Shown one piece after another: positions 14,214-17,565 of a DNA stretch of 17,565 bases. Positions within the stretch are counted from its first letter, which is position 1. Each line of letters starts with the position of its first letter. The stretch covers positions 1 to 17,565 of the forward strand of contig JBJMMA010000078.1 of the NCBI GenBank assembly GCA_045805065.1. The letters run 5' to 3'. The translations under genes were made by a program, and so were the position numbers. This DNA is from Bdellovibrionia bacterium (GTDB lineage Bacteria; Bdellovibrionota; UBA1018). The notes below the pieces were generated by a model. That model did no database searches. It was not told the DNA's origin and saw only the letters and a list, made by a program, of their open reading frames with translations.

Positions 14214-16175
14214 GTGAGCTCAAAAGAACCTTCCGCAACCAAGCCTACTTTTATCCCACCTACAGACGTCGCTGGCGTCTTAAAGCAGATCAAGCGACCT
14301 GAGAAAGCGGTCGTCACGGCAGGCATGCCTTACGCCAACGGCCCTCTTCACATTGGGCATCTGGCTGGTGCGCATGTTCCAGCGGATATTTATTCCCGGT
14401 GGCTGGGGCTTTTGATCGGACGAAAGAACGTTCTTTTTGTGAACGGAACCGATGACCACGGCTCGACGAGCGAAGTCGCAGCTCTCAAAGCCGGTCTCCC
14501 CATGCGCGAGTTCATCGATGGCATTCACGTCAAGCAGCGCGAGACGTTGAAGCGTTATTCGATCGGCGTCGACACCTACACGGGAACCTCGCGCCCGGAA
14601 TGCTTTCCAGCTCACAAGGAGCTCGCACAAGATTTTATCCGTAAGCTTTACAAGAACGGCATGCTCGAAAAGCGCAAAAGCATGCAGTGGTACGATACGA
14701 CTCTCAATCGCTTTCTCCCAGACCGCTACGTGAAGGGGAAATGCCCAAATCCTGCTTGCGATAACGAGAGCGCCTACAGTGACGAGTGCGATAAGTGCGG
14801 GTCGCAGTACGATCCATCGCAGCTTGGAAATCCCAAGAGCGCGATCAGTGATTCGGTTCCTGTGATGAAGGAGACGGTCCACTGGTGGCTCGATATGTGG
14901 AAGGTCTCGGACGTCCTTCGCGTTTGGATCCAAAGCAAAGAAGGCACGTGGCGTAAGCCAGTTCTGGCTGAAGTCCTTGGAACGGTTCTTCCGACTGCCT
15001 CCTTCGATGCGGCTCTTGAGCCTCAGTATAAAGAGATGAAGGCGCAGCTTCCAAAGCATAAGCCACGCTATGCTCCGGGCAAAAAGATCGCGCTTCAGTT
15101 CGAGTCAAAAGACGAAATGAACAAGGGTAGGGAGATGCTCAAGGCTCAAGGCATTGAAACGGCTCTTGTCGACGCTTGGGCACATCGCTCGATCACCCGT
15201 GACGTTTCCTGGGGTATCCCGCTTCCTGTGGAGCTTGATCCGGATATGGCCGGCAAGACGCTTTACGTCTGGCCGGATTCCTTGATCGCTCCGATCTCAT
15301 TCTCAAAAGTCGCATTGAAAGAATCGGGACGTGATCCAGAGATGTACGCTGAGTTTTGGCGCAATCCAAACGCTAAGGTTTATCAGTTCCTCGGCCAGGA
15401 TAACGTTTTCTTCTACGTCATCATGCAAGGCGCGATGTGGCTTGGAACTCAGGAAGACCCAATGAGACTTCCTCAGGCGGGCGAGTTGCAACTGACTGAC
15501 ATCTTTGGATGCTTCCATCTCCAAGTCAACGGCGAGAAGATGAGTAAGTCTCGCGGCAATTTCTATAGCGGCGATCAGCTTCTCGAGGAGAAGGGCTACA
15601 CGGCCGATCAGATTCGTTACTTCTTGGCAACTTTGAGCTTGCCTGAGAAGGCTTCGAATTTTGATTTCGCGACTCTCGATGAGCGTAACAAATTCTTGGC
15701 TGGCCCAATGAACGCGGCCTTTGAAAAGCCGATTTCTGCTTGCCACTCGAAGTTTGGCGGAAAGATTCCAGAAGGCGTTCTGAACGAGAAGGTTGTTCAA
15801 GAGACGCTTCAGGTCGTGCGCCGATATGTCAAAGGCATGGATCGTTCCGAGTACTCCAATCTCTTGGGCGCGATCGAAAACTACGCACGCTCGATCAACA
15901 GCATGTTCACGCAGTTCAAGCCGCATGACGATCGCTTCCCAGAAGAAGCTCGCAAGAACGCGCTTTACACCTGCTTCTATGTTCTCAAGAACATCATGAT
16001 CATGCTCTATCCATTTGTCCCTGAGACGATGGATCGCCTCCGTCAGTCGCTGAGACTTCCAAAGGAAGTCTTTACGATTGATGAACTGGGTAAGCCAATT
16101 CCTGGCGGTCATGAGATTGGTGAGAAGCTTCAGTATTTCCCGGCGGTGGCTGGGGCGGAAGTGGGCGAGGCTTAA
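14214..16175 (+). CDS. metG: Methionine--tRNA ligase-like class Ia synthetase with divergent amino-acid and anticodon pockets
   Basis: PYANG.LHIGH, D.HG, FL.DRYV.G.CP...C...D.C..CG Zn knuckle, ITRD..WGIP.P, LYVW.D, G.DN, KMSKS, D..RY.L and helical anticodon bundle (P..PET). No C-terminal tRNA-binding appendix. The MetRS family is certain; Met specificity is doubtful (see findings). Confidence 0.85.
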   Translation: MSSKEPSATKPTFIPPTDVAGVLKQIKRPEKAVVTAGMPYANGPLHIGHLAGAHVPADIYSRWLGLLIGRKNVLFVNGTDDHGSTSEVAALKAGLPMREFIDGIHVKQRETLKRYSIGVDTYTGTSRPECFPAHKELAQDFIRKLYKNGMLEKRKSMQWYDTTLNRFLPDRYVKGKCPNPACDNESAYSDECDKCGSQYDPSQLGNPKSAISDSVPVMKETVHWWLDMWKVSDVLRVWIQSKEGTWRKPVLAEVLGTVLPTASFDAALEPQYKEMKAQLPKHKPRYAPGKKIALQFESKDEMNKGREMLKAQGIETALVDAWAHRSITRDVSWGIPLPVELDPDMAGKTLYVWPDSLIAPISFSKVALKESGRDPEMYAEFWRNPNAKVYQFLGQDNVFFYVIMQGAMWLGTQEDPMRLPQAGELQLTDIFGCFHLQVNGEKMSKSRGNFYSGDQLLEEKGYTADQIRYFLATLSLPEKASNFDFATLDERNKFLAGPMNAAFEKPISACHSKFGGKIPEGVLNEKVVQETLQVVRRYVKGMDRSEYSNLLGAIENYARSINSMFTQFKPHDDRFPEEARKNALYTCFYVLKNIMIMLYPFVPETMDRLRQSLRLPKEVFTIDELGKPIPGGHEIGEKLQYFPAVAGAEVGEA

Positions 16176-16185
16176 TTAAGTGTAT

Positions 16186-16241
16186 GACGCGCTGTTTCGC
16201 CGCAGCGGCGAAGCGGTGCGGCGAAGTCTGATTTTCAGACT
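16186..16241. repeat. Structured intergenic repeat, copy B (inverted relative to copy A)
   Basis: GACGCGCTGTTTCGCCGCAGCGGCGAAGCGGTGCGGCGAAGTCTGATTTTCAGACT aligns ungapped to the reverse complement of 815-870 (39/56 identical by hand count), with two hairpins preserved. Confidence 0.72.
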
Positions 16242-16333
16242 ATAGGCTGCAATTCGACCCACATCTAACTTGAGCAAGTGGACAACGCTATTCCACTCGA
16301 TTGCATTTCGAGTTGTGAGTTTTAAGGAGCTAC

Positions 16334-17308
16334 ATGAGTACACCTAAACGACCTCTCGGAAAGTCTGGTATCTTGGTTGCGCCCCTGGCGTTTGGCGGAA
16401 ACGTATTTGGCTGGACAGCCGATGAAGCGGCATCGTTTCGACTCCTTGATAGATTTGTCGACCGGGGATTCAATCTGATTGATACAGCTGACGTGTACAC
16501 GCGCTGGATCCCAGGACATCAGGGCGGCGAATCGGAGTCAATTATCGGAAAGTGGCTCAAGAAGAGCGGCAAACGTGACAAGGTCGTGATTGCCACCAAG
16601 GTTGGATTCGATATGGATCCAGCAAAATCCGGAATGTGGTCTGACACGCGTTGCTTGAAGAAGGACTACATTCTTAAAGCAGTCGAAGACTCTTTGAAGC
16701 GACTTCAGGTCGAGACCATCGATCTATATCAAACTCACATCGATGACTTGGATACGCCCGTCGAAGAAACGATGGAGGCATTAGATCTTTTGGTTCGTCA
16801 GGGAAAAGTCAGATCAATCGGGGCGTCTCAGTATAAGCCCGAGCGTTTGATCGAATCGCTGACGTTTGCCGAAAAGAATCATCTCACGCCCTATACTTGC
16901 TTGCAGCCTGGATACAATCTTTACGACCGTGAAGACTACGAGCGCGACTTGCAGCCCATTGTTGAAAAGTACGGCTTGGGGGTCATTACTTACTTTTCGT
17001 TGGCAGGCGGGTTTCTGACCGGAAAATACCGCACGGATCAGGATCTTTCGAAGAGCGCTCGCGGACAGGGCATCGTGAAAACGAAATACTTCAATGAGAA
17101 GGGACTGAAGATCGTTCGTGCTTTGGATCAGGTAGCAGAACGAGTCCATGCCCCTTTATCCACCATTGCTCTGGCCTGGATTTTATCCAATCCGACGATT
17201 ACCGCCCCGATTGCCAGCGCTACGAACTTGGAGCAGCTTGATGAAATTTTGAAGGCTCCAGAGCTCAAGTTGGATACTGAATCTTTAGAGCTTTTCAATC
17301 GTGTATAA
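16334..17308 (+). CDS. Aldo/keto reductase
   Basis: LAFGGNVFG, IDTADVY (catalytic Asp/Tyr), IATKVG (Lys), SLKRLQ...IDLYQ.H, GKVRSIGAS and SLAGGFLTGKY; AAGGAG RBS. Confidence 0.95.
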   Translation: MSTPKRPLGKSGILVAPLAFGGNVFGWTADEAASFRLLDRFVDRGFNLIDTADVYTRWIPGHQGGESESIIGKWLKKSGKRDKVVIATKVGFDMDPAKSGMWSDTRCLKKDYILKAVEDSLKRLQVETIDLYQTHIDDLDTPVEETMEALDLLVRQGKVRSIGASQYKPERLIESLTFAEKNHLTPYTCLQPGYNLYDREDYERDLQPIVEKYGLGVITYFSLAGGFLTGKYRTDQDLSKSARGQGIVKTKYFNEKGLKIVRALDQVAERVHAPLSTIALAWILSNPTITAPIASATNLEQLDEILKAPELKLDTESLELFNRV

Positions 17309-17309
17309 A

Positions 17310-17565
17310 ATGCATCGTATGATTCGATGTTTTTGGGTTTTAATGCTTTTCGCTCTGACGGCATCAGCAGAAACACCTTCTATTTTTGGAAAGTGGCAAA
17401 GCAATTGTTTTGCGCTTCCAGTTCGACATTCTTTCATTGCTGACCTTTCCGCTGGTTCAAAAGATCTAGCATTGGATGTGAACCTCTATTCGGACAGCTC
17501 GTGTGCGAATCCGAGCCTGATCATCAACATTGAGGGGGGCTACAATACAGGACAAGCGATGGGTC
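17310..17565 (+). CDS. Hypothetical secreted protein (partial; runs off the window)
   Basis: Hand translation: MHRMIRCFWVLMLFALTASA-ETPSIFGKWQSNC...NLYSDSSCANP. It has a signal peptide, is open to the window end, and starts 1 nt after the AKR stop. Confidence 0.7.
   Translation, partial: MHRMIRCFWVLMLFALTASAETPSIFGKWQSNCFALPVRHSFIADLSAGSKDLALDVNLYSDSSCANPSLIINIEGGYNTGQAMG

Noticed and set aside
14280..16112. Antisense ORFs (259 and 269 aa) opposite the MetRS-like gene, and the other short overlapping ORFs in the track
   Set aside because: Shadow frames of well-supported genes, with no protein-family features.
1..17565. tRNA, rRNA, CRISPR arrays, transposases
   Set aside because: None seen; intergenic gaps are short, with no cloverleaf or repeat-spacer pattern.

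Overview
Bacterial, LPS-producing genome segment of moderate GC. It is probably Bdellovibrionota/Oligoflexia-like, inferred from the FQSC lipobox and the style of the secreted proteins. Minus strand, left end: thrS (no TGS domain), a SAMHD1/YwfO-like HD phosphohydrolase, a VOC/glyoxalase gene and a partial GST gene. Plus strand: a hypothetical lipoprotein behind a sigma54/IHF-type promoter, rimI and an SLT lytic transglycosylase. These are followed by a tightly packed operon (queD, queC, DUF366, hisC-like aminotransferase, cmk, GT9 heptosyltransferase, hldA/rfaE1), a secreted PRTase-like protein, a MetRS-like synthetase, an aldo/keto reductase and a partial secreted protein. The strongest signal is the MetRS-like protein. 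It keeps HIGH, KMSKS and a Zn knuckle, but most methionine-pocket residues and the three main CAU-anticodon readers are substituted, and it carries a ~60-aa insert, so it may be a synthetase with altered amino-acid and tRNA specificity. Also notable are DUF366 coupled to an archaeal-style QueC, and a two-copy structured intergenic repeat with compensatory base changes. All alignments were done by eye against remembered reference motifs; no searches were run.
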